From positions 3,757 through 67,756 of the forward strand of contig CAVTEP010000003.1 in assembly GCA_963733915.1 (NCBI GenBank): a DNA stretch of 64,000 nucleotides, read 5' to 3'. Both the position numbers and the translations under genes were made by a program. Below are positions 36,654 to 46,020 of the stretch, piece after piece. The notes under the pieces were generated by a model. The model had not been told where the DNA came from, searched no databases, and saw only the letters and a program-made list of their open reading frames with translations. Every line of letters begins with the position of its first letter. Within the stretch, counting starts at the first letter, position 1. This stretch comes from Candidatus Sulfomarinibacteraceae bacterium. GTDB taxonomy: Bacteria > Acidobacteriota > Thermoanaerobaculia > Thermoanaerobaculales > Sulfomarinibacteraceae.

Positions 36654-36690
36654 GTTTCCCGCGGTCGCCCGCCGGGCGACCGCGGGAAAC
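36654..36690 (+). promoter_or_regulatory. 37-nt perfect palindrome between nifU and nifS (attenuator or processing hairpin candidate)
   Basis: gtttcccgcggtcgcccg c cgggcgaccgcgggaaac; no U-run after it; AGGAGG and GTG start of nifS follow. Confidence 0.6.
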
Positions 36691-36718
36691 TAGGTGATGA
36701 GGATCAGCAGGAGGCTTC

Positions 36719-37960
36719 GTGCCGGTCATCTACCTCGACAACAACGCGACGACGCAGGTGGCGCCCGAGGTAGTCGAGGCCATGATGCCGTTCTTCACGG
36801 GTGAGTACTTCAACCCGAGCTCGATGTACGAGGCCGCGCGCGGCCCTGCGGATGCGATTGCGAGCGCACGGCGCACGATCGCCCGGCTCCTCGGTCACTC
36901 CCGCCCATCCGAGATCCTCTTCACCTCCTGCGCCACCGAGAGCAACAACACCGCCCTCTTCGGCACCATCGCCGCCAACCCCGACCGGCGGCACCTCATC
37001 ACCACCGCGGTCGAGCACCCGGCCGTCTTCGAGGTCTGCAAGGACCTGAAGCGCCGTGGCTTCGAGGTCGACTTCATCCCCGTCGACACCCAGGGCCGTC
37101 TCGACACGGCCGAGTTCGTGCGCGCGCTGCGGCCCGACACCCTGCTGGTGTCGGTGATGCACGCCAACAACGAGACCGGCGTCATCTTCCCGGTCGAGGA
37201 GCTGTCGCGGATCACCAAGGAGACCGACCCCTCGATCGTCTTCCACACCGACGCCACCCAAACCGTGGGCAAGCTCCCCATCGACCTCCGGGACAGCTTC
37301 AAGCACGTCGACATGCTCTCGTTTTCGGGCCACAAGCTGCACGCCCCCAAGGGCATCGGCGCCCTCTACGTCCGCCGCGGCACGCCCTGCCGGCCGTTTC
37401 TGCTCGGCGGCCACCAGGAGGAGGGGCGCCGCGCCGGGACCGAAAACGTCGCCTTTATCGTCGGCCTCGCGCGCGCCCTCGAGCTGGCCATGGAGCGCCA
37501 TGACGACGACGTGCCGCGAATTACCGCGATGCGCGATCGCCTCCAGCGCGAGCTCGTCGCGCGAATCCCCTACCTCGAGGTCAACGGCGGCGAGGCGCCG
37601 CGGCTCGACAACACCCTCAACATCGCCTGCCATTTCATCGAAGGGGAAGGCATCCTCTACCAACTCTCGGAGCACGGTATCTGCGCCTCCTCGGGCTCGG
37701 CCTGCACCTCGGGCTCGCTCGAGCCGTCGCACGTATTGCGCGCCATGAAAGTCCCCTTCACCGCCGTCCACGGCTCGGTCCGCTTCAGCCTCAGCCGCTA
37801 CACCACCGAAGCCGAGATCGACACCGTCATCGAGGTCTTCCCCGAGATCGTGGCCAGCCTGCGCCGGCTCTCACCCTACTGGGACGCGGCCACCAACGCG
37901 CCCCGCCCCGAGGGCCTCGAGATGCTCGAGCAGACCGAGATGCCGCAAGCGCACGGATAG
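36719..37960 (+). CDS. nifS: cysteine desulfurase
   Basis: ORF 36719..37960 (GTG start); IYLDNNATT, SFSGHKLHAPKGIGALYVR, SSGSACTSG. Confidence 0.9.
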   Translation: MPVIYLDNNATTQVAPEVVEAMMPFFTGEYFNPSSMYEAARGPADAIASARRTIARLLGHSRPSEILFTSCATESNNTALFGTIAANPDRRHLITTAVEHPAVFEVCKDLKRRGFEVDFIPVDTQGRLDTAEFVRALRPDTLLVSVMHANNETGVIFPVEELSRITKETDPSIVFHTDATQTVGKLPIDLRDSFKHVDMLSFSGHKLHAPKGIGALYVRRGTPCRPFLLGGHQEEGRRAGTENVAFIVGLARALELAMERHDDDVPRITAMRDRLQRELVARIPYLEVNGGEAPRLDNTLNIACHFIEGEGILYQLSEHGICASSGSACTSGSLEPSHVLRAMKVPFTAVHGSVRFSLSRYTTEAEIDTVIEVFPEIVASLRRLSPYWDAATNAPRPEGLEMLEQTEMPQAHG

Positions 37961-38063
37961 CCTTCATATCTCACCAACTTTCTGCTGCAGCCGCCGGCGA
38001 CGTCGCCCTGTGATAGTTTGTCGCCGTCGCTCGCCGAAACGATGTCGGGCGTCAGGAGGATCC

Positions 38064-40133
38064 ATGAATTTTTTCTCCGGCTTGCTCCGTCAGCTCCGCG
38101 CTCAGCCCCTCGTCACCGCGATCGCGACCTTCGCGTTCGTGTCCCCATTGGCTGCCGGCGCGACCGGGGATCCGAAGCCGTTTGCTCCTGCCGACCTCGT
38201 GGCGGTGCGCCAGGTGAGCGACCCGCAGGTCTCGCCGGACGGGGCGTGGGTGGCCTTTGTCGTGAAAACAAGCGACCTCGAGGAAGACCGTGCCACCAGT
38301 GATCTCTGGATGGTCGGCTGGGACGGTGCACGTACCTTGCAGCTCACCCACACCGCGAAGGCGAGTGAGAGCCACCCTCGCTGGAGCCCGGGAAATCGCT
38401 TTCTCGCCTTTCTGGCGGGACGGGAATGCGAGGACGCCAAGGACCAGGTGTGGCTGCTCGATCGCGCCGGCGGCGAGGCGCGGCAGCTGACCACGCTTCC
38501 CGGCGAGGTCACCGACTTCGTCTGGAGCCCGGATGGGAAGCGACTGGCGCTGATCGCCAGCGACCCCGACCCCGATGAGCCGGAGCCCTGCGCCGGCGAG
38601 ACGGTCACGAAGAAGACCCCGGCGCCGATCGTCATCGACCGCTACCAGTTCAAGGAAGACGAGACCGGCTATCTCCGGCACTTCCGCGACCACCTCTACC
38701 TCTTCGATCTGGAGACCGCTACGGCCGAGCTCCTGACCCCGGGCGACTACGACGAGTTCTTCCCGGCCTGGTCCCCCGACGGCAGCCGCATCGCCTTCGT
38801 CAGCAAGCGGGACGGCGACCCCGACCGCAACGAGAACTCCGACGTATTCGTCATCGCGGCCCGACCCGGCGCCGCTCCCGAGCAGCTCACCCACTTCGAG
38901 AGCGCCGATGCGGCACCCTACTGGGGCGCCCCGGCTTGGAGCCCCCATGGCACGGCAATCGCCTACCTGCAGGGGGGACCCCGCAAGTACCACGATTACG
39001 ACCCGCCGACCCTGGCGACGATACCGGCAGGCGGCGGCGGACCCCGGCTGATCGCCAGCGGGCTCGACCGGGTCGCCACCGGAGTGACCTGGAGCTCAGA
39101 TGGCCGCTGGCTATTCTTCCTGCTCGAAGACGACCGCAGCCAGCAGCTGGCTCGCGTCCCCGCGGCCGACGGACCGGTGGAACGGCTGACCAAAGCCGGG
39201 GCCGTCGTTCGGGCTTACTCGATGGCCGCCGGGCGCACGGCCGTGCTGATCACCCGGCCCGACCTGCCCGCCGAGGTATTCGCGATGGAGAACGGCGGCG
39301 CGCTCCGCCAACTCACCGAACAGAACCGTGATCTCCTGCAGCGGGTGCACCTCGGAGCCGTCGAGGGGATCTCGGCGACTGCGGTGGACGGTATCGAGGT
39401 GCACGGCCTGTTGGTCAAGCCGCCCGGCTTCGAGGCCGGCAAGCGATACCCGCTCGTCGCCCTCGTTCACGGCGGCCCGGTGGCCCAGGACGGCTTCGAG
39501 TTCGACGCCATGGCTCAGACTCTCGCCGGCGCCGGCTATCTGGTGGTGCAGCCCAATTACCGCGGTTCCTCGGGACGCGGGCGGGAGTACTCGCGCGCGC
39601 TCTGGGGGCGGTGGGGGGCCTTCGAACCCACCGACGTGCAGGCACTGGTCGACCGGCTGATCGCGGACGGCTTGGCCGATCCCGAGCGGCTCGGCATCGC
39701 CGGATGGAGCTACGGCGGCATGACCACCAATTACACCATCGCGAGCACCGACCGCTTCGCCGCCGCGGTCTCCGGGGCGGGGATCTCGAACCAGATCACC
39801 GGCTACGGCACCGATTTGTACGTGCGCCAGTACGAGCTCGAGTTCGGCAAGCCGTGGGAAGGGCTGGACGGCTATCTCGGCGCCTCGTATCCGTTCTTCC
39901 ATGCCGACCGCATCCACACCCCGACCCTTTTTCTCTGCGGCGAAAAGGACTTCAACGTACCGCTGGTCAACTCCGAGCAGATGTATCAGGCGCTCCGCAG
40001 CCTCGGCGTCAAGACCCAACTGGTGATCTACCCCGGTCAGTTCCACGGTCTCAGCAAACCGAGCTACCAGAAGGACCGGATCGAACGCTACATCGCCTGG
40101 TTCGACCGCTTTCTGAAGACGACCGCAGGGTAG
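38064..40133 (+). CDS. S9-family serine peptidase (beta-propeller N domain plus prolyl-oligopeptidase-type catalytic domain)
   Basis: ORF 38010..40133 trimmed to MNFFSGLL signal peptide behind AGGAGGA; catalytic IAGWSYGGMTT. Confidence 0.85.
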   Translation: MNFFSGLLRQLRAQPLVTAIATFAFVSPLAAGATGDPKPFAPADLVAVRQVSDPQVSPDGAWVAFVVKTSDLEEDRATSDLWMVGWDGARTLQLTHTAKASESHPRWSPGNRFLAFLAGRECEDAKDQVWLLDRAGGEARQLTTLPGEVTDFVWSPDGKRLALIASDPDPDEPEPCAGETVTKKTPAPIVIDRYQFKEDETGYLRHFRDHLYLFDLETATAELLTPGDYDEFFPAWSPDGSRIAFVSKRDGDPDRNENSDVFVIAARPGAAPEQLTHFESADAAPYWGAPAWSPHGTAIAYLQGGPRKYHDYDPPTLATIPAGGGGPRLIASGLDRVATGVTWSSDGRWLFFLLEDDRSQQLARVPAADGPVERLTKAGAVVRAYSMAAGRTAVLITRPDLPAEVFAMENGGALRQLTEQNRDLLQRVHLGAVEGISATAVDGIEVHGLLVKPPGFEAGKRYPLVALVHGGPVAQDGFEFDAMAQTLAGAGYLVVQPNYRGSSGRGREYSRALWGRWGAFEPTDVQALVDRLIADGLADPERLGIAGWSYGGMTTNYTIASTDRFAAAVSGAGISNQITGYGTDLYVRQYELEFGKPWEGLDGYLGASYPFFHADRIHTPTLFLCGEKDFNVPLVNSEQMYQALRSLGVKTQLVIYPGQFHGLSKPSYQKDRIERYIAWFDRFLKTTAG

Positions 40134-40337
40134 TTACGGCGGCTACGATCGCAGTCGCTCGCTGCACCACCGACTCCGGAATCGACATCGCCTTCGAGGT
40201 CTTTTCTGTAATCGGTGAGACCTCGGAGGCCGTCACCCTTCTCGAATGCCGCCATCACCGCCCTCTACCCCGAGGTCCTCGATCAGACGGCAACGCCGCA
40301 AGCGCGCGCCGGGCGCGCGCTTACGGGATTCATTGAA

Positions 40338-40796
40338 TCAAAAGAACGCCGAGAAGTGAAAGTTGGCGATCAGCCACTTGCCGTTGAGCTTGACCAGCGT
40401 GACACTTACCCGCCCGCTCTGGGCAATCGCCTGGCCGTCTTTTGTGAAGACCGTGAAATCGAAATAGCCGTTGCCGACGGCGGTGTCGCCGTTGTAAATC
40501 CGAAAGGTCGAGTGGTGCTGCTCGTAATGGGCCATCGCATACGCCAATGTTCCCTCGAAAAACTTTTGCCAGCCCGCCTTCCCGGTGATCACCAGGGGTG
40601 ACTCCACGCCGGTAAAGGCCTCGAAATCATCGGTGAGGTACGTGTAGTAGGTATCAAAATCGCGCGCGTTGAAGGCGTCGATCGTCGTTCTGAGCACATT
40701 TTCGACGCTCTCCATGTCTCCGGCAACCGCGCCCGGGACCATGACCATGAATGTCAGGACAGTTACCACTCCCAGAACCAGGACTCGCTGTTTCAT
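40338..40796 (-). CDS. secreted SnoaL-like / NTF2-fold (DUF4440-like) protein
   Basis: ORF 40338..40979 trimmed to MKQRVLVLGVVTVL signal peptide; ...VTLVKLNGKWLIANFHFS typical NTF2-like C-terminus. Confidence 0.55.
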   Translation of the reverse strand: MKQRVLVLGVVTVLTFMVMVPGAVAGDMESVENVLRTTIDAFNARDFDTYYTYLTDDFEAFTGVESPLVITGKAGWQKFFEGTLAYAMAHYEQHHSTFRIYNGDTAVGNGYFDFTVFTKDGQAIAQSGRVSVTLVKLNGKWLIANFHFSAFF

Positions 40797-41006
40797 TGAA
40801 TACCCCCTTGGTATTTCCTCTGTTCGTCGACAACTCGGAAAACGACGCAATCCTCTCCATGGCTTCAGAGCCGGTCCGTTTGCGGATCCAGCTCGTTGTT
40901 GTCGATGGCTGCTTCGAGCTTGACGTCCCGAACAGCTATCGCGCTTTCCACTCGAATTTGACTCAGACGTCCGACACAACCTGATTCACCGGCGCGCCAT
41001 TCCCTT

Positions 41007-41052
41007 CCGATTCTGCCGGTCGAGCCCTTTTGGGCACGACCGGCAGAATCGG
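41007..41052. repeat. perfect 16-nt inverted repeat 15 nt upstream of the M14 peptidase start
   Basis: ccgattctgccggtcg agcccttttgggca cgaccggcagaatcgg; spacer itself contains gccc tttt gggc. Confidence 0.7.
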
Positions 41053-41066
41053 ATAGAGTATCCGCC

Positions 41067-42869
41067 ATGAAGACGACCGCCCTCGCCGCAATCTCCCTGC
41101 TCCTGACAACTTCCGTTTTCGCCGCCGGCGATATTCCCGAGGACTGGCTGACGGTAGCCGAGCAAACCCAGTTTCGCGCCACCTCGAGCTATGACCAGAC
41201 GATGGTCTACCTCTACCGGCTCGAGGCGGCGGCGCCGGAGCTGATCCGGGTGACCGATTTCGGGCGTACCGCCCAGGGCCGGCCGCTGCCGCTGGTCATC
41301 GTGTCCTCGGACGGCGCATTCACCCCCGAGGCGGCGGCCGCCACCGGCAAGCCGGTTCTGCTGTTGCAGAGCTGCATCCACGCCGGCGAGGTCGACGGCA
41401 AGGACGCCAGTCTGATGGTGCTGCGCGACATCGCGCTCGGCCGCAAGGCGGAGCTGGCGAAGGCCGCGGTCGTGCTCTTCGCGCCGATCTACAACGCCGA
41501 CGGCCACGAGCACGTCTCGCCCTACAACCGCTCCAACCAGAACGGACCGGTCGAGGGGCTGGGGTACCGAGCGACCGCCAACGGCATCAACCTGAATCGC
41601 GATTTCCTGCGTCTGGCAAGCCCCGAGGCGAAGGCGATGGCGCAGCTCGTGACCATTTGGAACCCGCACCTCCACGTCGACAACCACGTCACCAACGGAT
41701 CGGACCACGCCTGGGTCTTGACCTGGCTGGTGGCCGAGGCGCCGCAGCTGGCGCCCGCGGTGGATGCCTGGGTGGAGGCCCACCTGCCGCCGGTGTTGGC
41801 CGCGATCGCGGCGGCCGGCCATCCAAACGGTCCCTATGTCGAGCTCGTCTCGGGCACCGACCCCACCCGGGGCATGGTTTGGGACGTCGCCCAGCCCCGC
41901 TACTCTTCCGGCTACTTCCCGCTCCGCAACCGGGTTTCGATTTTGATCGAGATGCACTCCTACAAGCCCTACCGTGACCGGGTGCTCGCCAACCGGAGCT
42001 TCATGGAGGAGCTGATCCTCGAGGTCGGGCGCTCGGGCAAGGAACTCGTGAGCGCGGTCGAGGCCTCCAAGGCCGCGACCGTGGCCAAAGGACTTCCCGA
42101 CGCGGCGCCGTCTGACGTGGTGGTGCGCTGGGGTGTCGCCGACGAGGGCGAGGTATTGACGTGGCCGGCGTATGACTGGACCGTCGAGGACTCGGTGGTC
42201 TCGGGCGGCGCGCGAATCGTCTACCAGCCCGGCAAGGTGCGAGAGGTGGAGCTCGAGTGGCGGCACCAACCGATCGCCGAGCTGAGGCTGCCGCGACCGC
42301 GCGGTTACCTGGTCCTTGCCGGCTGGCCACAGATCGAGGAGCTGGTGGCCGGCCATGGTCTGCTGGCCTACCAGCTGGTCGAGGACATCGACCTCGAGGT
42401 CGAGACGATACGTCTCTCGGATCCCAAGCTGGCGGATTCAGTTTTCCAAGGCGTCGCGATGGTCGAAGACTTCGAAGTCACCCGGCAACGCGAGCGGAGA
42501 ACGGTGCCCGCGGGCAGCCTGTGGGTCCCGGCCGACCAACCGTCCTTCGAGGTCGCGGTCCAGCTCTTCGAGCCCGAGGCACCCGACTCCATCGTGCGGT
42601 GGGGGGTTGTTTCGACGGTCTTCGAGAGGAAGATCTACATCGGCTCCGACATGCTCGAGAAACTCGCACTCGAGTTGCTGGCCGATGAAGACAAACGCAA
42701 GGAGTGGGAAATCGCGCTCGAGGACCCGGAGTTCGCCGCCGACCGGCGTGCGCGCTACCTGTGGTGGTACCGCCGCACTCCCTACTGGGACGAAACGGTG
42801 GGTCTGCTGCCGGTGATGCGGTTGATGGCGCCGGCGGAGCTCGCGCTCGCGCCGTGGCCGAGACCTTGA
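41067..42869 (+). CDS. secreted M14-family zinc carboxypeptidase-like protein
   Basis: ORF 41067..42869; signal peptide; HAGE zinc motif in SCIHAGEVDGKD; HVDNHVTNGSDH; IEMHS. Confidence 0.7.
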   Translation: MKTTALAAISLLLTTSVFAAGDIPEDWLTVAEQTQFRATSSYDQTMVYLYRLEAAAPELIRVTDFGRTAQGRPLPLVIVSSDGAFTPEAAAATGKPVLLLQSCIHAGEVDGKDASLMVLRDIALGRKAELAKAAVVLFAPIYNADGHEHVSPYNRSNQNGPVEGLGYRATANGINLNRDFLRLASPEAKAMAQLVTIWNPHLHVDNHVTNGSDHAWVLTWLVAEAPQLAPAVDAWVEAHLPPVLAAIAAAGHPNGPYVELVSGTDPTRGMVWDVAQPRYSSGYFPLRNRVSILIEMHSYKPYRDRVLANRSFMEELILEVGRSGKELVSAVEASKAATVAKGLPDAAPSDVVVRWGVADEGEVLTWPAYDWTVEDSVVSGGARIVYQPGKVREVELEWRHQPIAELRLPRPRGYLVLAGWPQIEELVAGHGLLAYQLVEDIDLEVETIRLSDPKLADSVFQGVAMVEDFEVTRQRERRTVPAGSLWVPADQPSFEVAVQLFEPEAPDSIVRWGVVSTVFERKIYIGSDMLEKLALELLADEDKRKEWEIALEDPEFAADRRARYLWWYRRTPYWDETVGLLPVMRLMAPAELALAPWPRP

Positions 42870-43606
42870 CCGGGCCCTCCGGGCAGGCCGCCTGCTGGCA
42901 TCCTCTCGGACGCGCGCTCCTCGATTTCCATCACGGTGCGACCCGGGCGGTTTTCACTGTGCACAGCGATCTCTGGCAGGACGAGCCGACACCGGTCGAG
43001 GACTATTACCGACCCGAGCATCTGCGGCTGCCCGAGATCGAACGCGATGCGCTCACCCGCTGCAGTGGCCGAGTGCTCGACCTCGGCGCCGGCGCCGGCC
43101 GACACGCGCTCGAGCTCCAGCGCCGCGGCCTCACGGTCACCGCCGTCGATGTCGCCCGAGAGGCGGTTGAAATCATGCGCGAGCGCGGCGTCGTGGACGC
43201 GCGATGCGGGGACCTTGCAGCGGTTGCCGGCGAGCGCTTTGACACCATCCTCCTGCTGATGCACGGAATCGGGCTCGTGGGGACCCTCGAAGGGCTCGAC
43301 GAGTTCCTCGCGCAAGCCCATCTCCACTCCGAGGGCGGTGCTCAGATCATCTTCGACTCGGCGGACCTCGGCATCGTCCTGCCGGAAACCTTTGCGGAGG
43401 GGCTCGATGACTGGCGGGCAGGCGGTCCCTATCCGGGCGAAATCGAATTCCGGCTGTCGTACAAGGAGCTGGAGGGAGACCCCTACCGGTGGCTGTTTAT
43501 CGATCCAGGCACCCTCAGCCGGCGCGCCGAAGATGCCGGATTCCGGGCCGAGATCCTGCGGCGAGGCGCCCGCGGCTCCTATCTCGGGCGGCTGGTAAGC
43601 AGCTAA
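42854..43606 (+). CDS. class I SAM-dependent methyltransferase
   Basis: frame of ORF 42704..43606; start GTG 42854 or TTG 42866 overlapping upstream stop; VLDLGAGAGRHAL motif I. Confidence 0.75.
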   Translation: MAETLTGPSGQAACWHPLGRALLDFHHGATRAVFTVHSDLWQDEPTPVEDYYRPEHLRLPEIERDALTRCSGRVLDLGAGAGRHALELQRRGLTVTAVDVAREAVEIMRERGVVDARCGDLAAVAGERFDTILLLMHGIGLVGTLEGLDEFLAQAHLHSEGGAQIIFDSADLGIVLPETFAEGLDDWRAGGPYPGEIEFRLSYKELEGDPYRWLFIDPGTLSRRAEDAGFRAEILRRGARGSYLGRLVSS

Positions 43607-43675
43607 ACGACAATGATATGCTTCGCTTTCGTCAAGCTGGCAGCGAAGCCAGAAGTCAACGCGGAAAGGCTGAAA

Positions 43676-44674
43676 ATGAAGACACATCTCCACATCGCAT
43701 TCGCCGTGGTTGGATGCCTCGGATTGGCGGCGACAGCCGCTGCCCAGGAGCAGACGGGCGCTCTCAATCCGGCGGTGCTCGAGGTTAACGGCGAGAAGGT
43801 TTACGCCGCCGAAATCACCATGACGATGCAGAATATCGTGGCCCAGATCGGGGGCCGGGAAAATGTCAAGGACGAGCAAGAGCTGGTACAAATAGCGACC
43901 CAGCGGGTGGTGGAGCAAAAGCTCCTCGCCCAGGAGGCTCTCCGCAAGGGGATTCAGCCCAACGATCTACGGCTCGCGCAAATGGTGAAAGCAATCGAAA
44001 AACAGGCCGGCGACCGGCAGGCGCTCGAGGCGAATGTGGCGAAGTTCGGCTCCAGTTACGACCAGGTGGTCGGAATGCTCCGCGAGATGGAGCTGGCGAG
44101 ATCCTTGATCGAGAAGGAAATCATCCCGACCATCCAGGTCAGCGATGAGGAGATCGCCGCATTCTACGCTGAGAATCCAAGTCTCTTCGACGCCGAGGAG
44201 CAGGTGCGCGCCCGCCACATCCTCTTCACCACCACGGCCAATGCCTCCGAGGCTACAGTGGCCGAGGCCCGCGCCAAGGCCGAGGATGCGCGGAGGAGGG
44301 TGCTCGCCGGCGAGGATTTCGGCGCGGTCGCGCGCGATGTTTCCCAGGATCCAAGCGCGGCCAATGGCGGCGAGCTCGGCTTCTTCACCCGGGAGTCGAC
44401 GGACCCACAGTTCGCGGCGGCGGCATTTGCGCTCGCGCCCGGCCAGGTCTCAGAGATCGTTCAAACGGAATTCGGATTCCACGTCATCGAGGTCGAGGAG
44501 AGACGGCCGGCGGGGCGATTGTCTCTCGACGAAGTCTCCAGTCAAGTACGCACCAGTCTGGCCCAGCAGAAGACCGGCGAAGCCGTCGGTAAGCTCATCG
44601 AGTCGCTTGCGGATACGGCCACCGTCCAAAACCTGGTCGAAGGGTCCGCGCCCACTCCGGCGCCACCTCAATAG
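43676..44674 (+). CDS. periplasmic parvulin-type peptidyl-prolyl isomerase (SurA/PrsA-like)
   Basis: ORF 43613..44674 trimmed to MKTHLHIAFAVVGCLGLAA; ARHILF, GGELGFFTRE, FGFHVIEVEE. Confidence 0.8.
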   Translation: MKTHLHIAFAVVGCLGLAATAAAQEQTGALNPAVLEVNGEKVYAAEITMTMQNIVAQIGGRENVKDEQELVQIATQRVVEQKLLAQEALRKGIQPNDLRLAQMVKAIEKQAGDRQALEANVAKFGSSYDQVVGMLREMELARSLIEKEIIPTIQVSDEEIAAFYAENPSLFDAEEQVRARHILFTTTANASEATVAEARAKAEDARRRVLAGEDFGAVARDVSQDPSAANGGELGFFTRESTDPQFAAAAFALAPGQVSEIVQTEFGFHVIEVEERRPAGRLSLDEVSSQVRTSLAQQKTGEAVGKLIESLADTATVQNLVEGSAPTPAPPQ

Positions 44675-44675
44675 C

Positions 44676-44854
44676 GCCCACCCTACCACCCAGGCTATGA
44701 GGCTATGAGGCTATGAGGGGCCAGCCACCTATCCATTGGCTGCAAGCGAGAGGTGTGCCCGATAGTCCCATAGCCAGGCCGCGACTCGTCACGTCGAACC
44801 CCCGGGGCGAAAACGGAAGCGGCCGATCATAGCCCTATAGCCCCAAAGCCCCTG
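44676..44854. repeat. tandem-unit element E11 (C-box, (GGCTATGA)x3 ... (YCATAGCC)x3)
   Basis: gcccaccctaccaccc 44676-44691; ggctatgaggctatgaggctatgagggg 44693-44720; about 105-nt centre; tcatagccctatagccccaaagcccctg 44827-44854 abutting the stop of the next ORF. Confidence 0.8.
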
Positions 44855-45025
44855 TCAGCGGGCCAAGGTCGTCGTGATCTCGGCGGGGTTCTTGAGCGTG
44901 CGGCGGACCGGGCAACGGTCGGCAAAGAGCGCATAGGCAATCGGCTCGTCGTCAACCGGCAGATCGAGCAATGCCGGCAAGCGGTGACCCGATTCGTGGT
45001 CAAAGGTTATTTTTCTGGTGTGCAT
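44855..45025 (-). pseudogene. 56-codon remnant resembling the N-terminus of an alpha/beta hydrolase (OsmC-fusion type)
   Basis: ORF 44855..45118 trimmed to MHTRKITFDHESGHRLPALLDLPVDDEPIAYALFADRCPV...; pattern resembles x-F-x-N-x-G-x-L-x-G-x-L-x-P...ALFAHCFTC starts; ends exactly at element E11. Confidence 0.3.
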
Positions 45026-45165
45026 TTGTTCTCCCGTTCCCATCCTCTTTTGGATCGATAGAACGCTTGAAGGATTGGATATCAAAACGCAATAACGCCT
45101 CGGTGTTATGATCCCCATGCTGTCAACCAGCCACGGAGTCCGCGGGTCAGATCTGGAGGAGGGCC

Positions 45166-46020
45166 ATGACTGAGTTCTTGGAGCTCAGGGACGCGATCAA
45201 GAAATACGTCAGACCCGGGTGTTCGATAGCGGCGGAGGGATTCACCCACCTCATCCCGCACGCCGCGGGGCTGGAGATCATCCGCCAGCGCATCCGCCAT
45301 CTCACGCTCATCCGCATGACGCCCGACATCATCTATGACCAGCTCATCGGCATGGGCTGCGCCGACAAACTGGTGTTCTCGTGGGGCGGCAACCCCGGTG
45401 TCGGTTCCCTGTACCGTCTCCGCGACGCCTATGAAAACGGCGTTCCGCACCCGATGGAGTTCGAGGAGCACGCCCACGCCGCCATGGCCAACGCCTACCA
45501 GGCCGGCGCCTCGGGGCTGCCGGTCGCCATTTTCAAGGGCTACCGGGGAACGGATTACCCGGAGATCAACCCGAACATCAAGTTCATCGAGTGTCCATTC
45601 ACGGGCGAGCAACTCACGGCGATTCCGGCGCTCCATCCGGACCTGGCCATCATCCACGCGCAGCGCGCCGATCGCGAAGGCAACATCTGGATGCGGGGGA
45701 TCCTCGGCGTCCAGAAGGAGGCGGTGCTCGCCTCGCGGCACAGCATCGTCACCGTGGAGGAGATCGTCGACAGGGTCGACGAGTCGGGTGGCGGCTCGGT
45801 GATCCCGCGATGGGCGGTGAGCGCCGTCTGCCGGGTTCCGATGGCGGCATTCCCTTCCTACGCCGAGGGCTATTACGATCGCAGCAACGGCTTCTACGTC
45901 CGCTGGGGCGAAGTGAGCAAGAACCTGACCACCTTTCGTGAGTGGATGGAAACCTTCGTGCTGTCGACCGGAGACAACGACGAGTACCTCTGCAGACTGA
46001 AGGAACACGGTTATGTCTGA
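45166..46020 (+). CDS. family I CoA-transferase subunit A (glutaconate / 3-oxoadipate CoA-transferase type)
   Basis: ORF 45166..46020; gene order A-B-thiolase. Confidence 0.8.
   Translation: MTEFLELRDAIKKYVRPGCSIAAEGFTHLIPHAAGLEIIRQRIRHLTLIRMTPDIIYDQLIGMGCADKLVFSWGGNPGVGSLYRLRDAYENGVPHPMEFEEHAHAAMANAYQAGASGLPVAIFKGYRGTDYPEINPNIKFIECPFTGEQLTAIPALHPDLAIIHAQRADREGNIWMRGILGVQKEAVLASRHSIVTVEEIVDRVDESGGGSVIPRWAVSAVCRVPMAAFPSYAEGYYDRSNGFYVRWGEVSKNLTTFREWMETFVLSTGDNDEYLCRLKEHGYV

Noticed and set aside
40134-40337. GC palindrome aagcgcgcgccgggcgcgcgctt (about 40299-40322) as an intrinsic terminator
   Set aside because: There is no U-tract on either strand. It may still form a hairpin, but it cannot be called a canonical terminator.
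44721-44826. A four-helix-bundle gene remnant in the long centre of E11
   Set aside because: I translated the three frames read inward from each flanking arm. Only vague similarity appeared (GFDVTSRGLAMGL), which is not enough to call.
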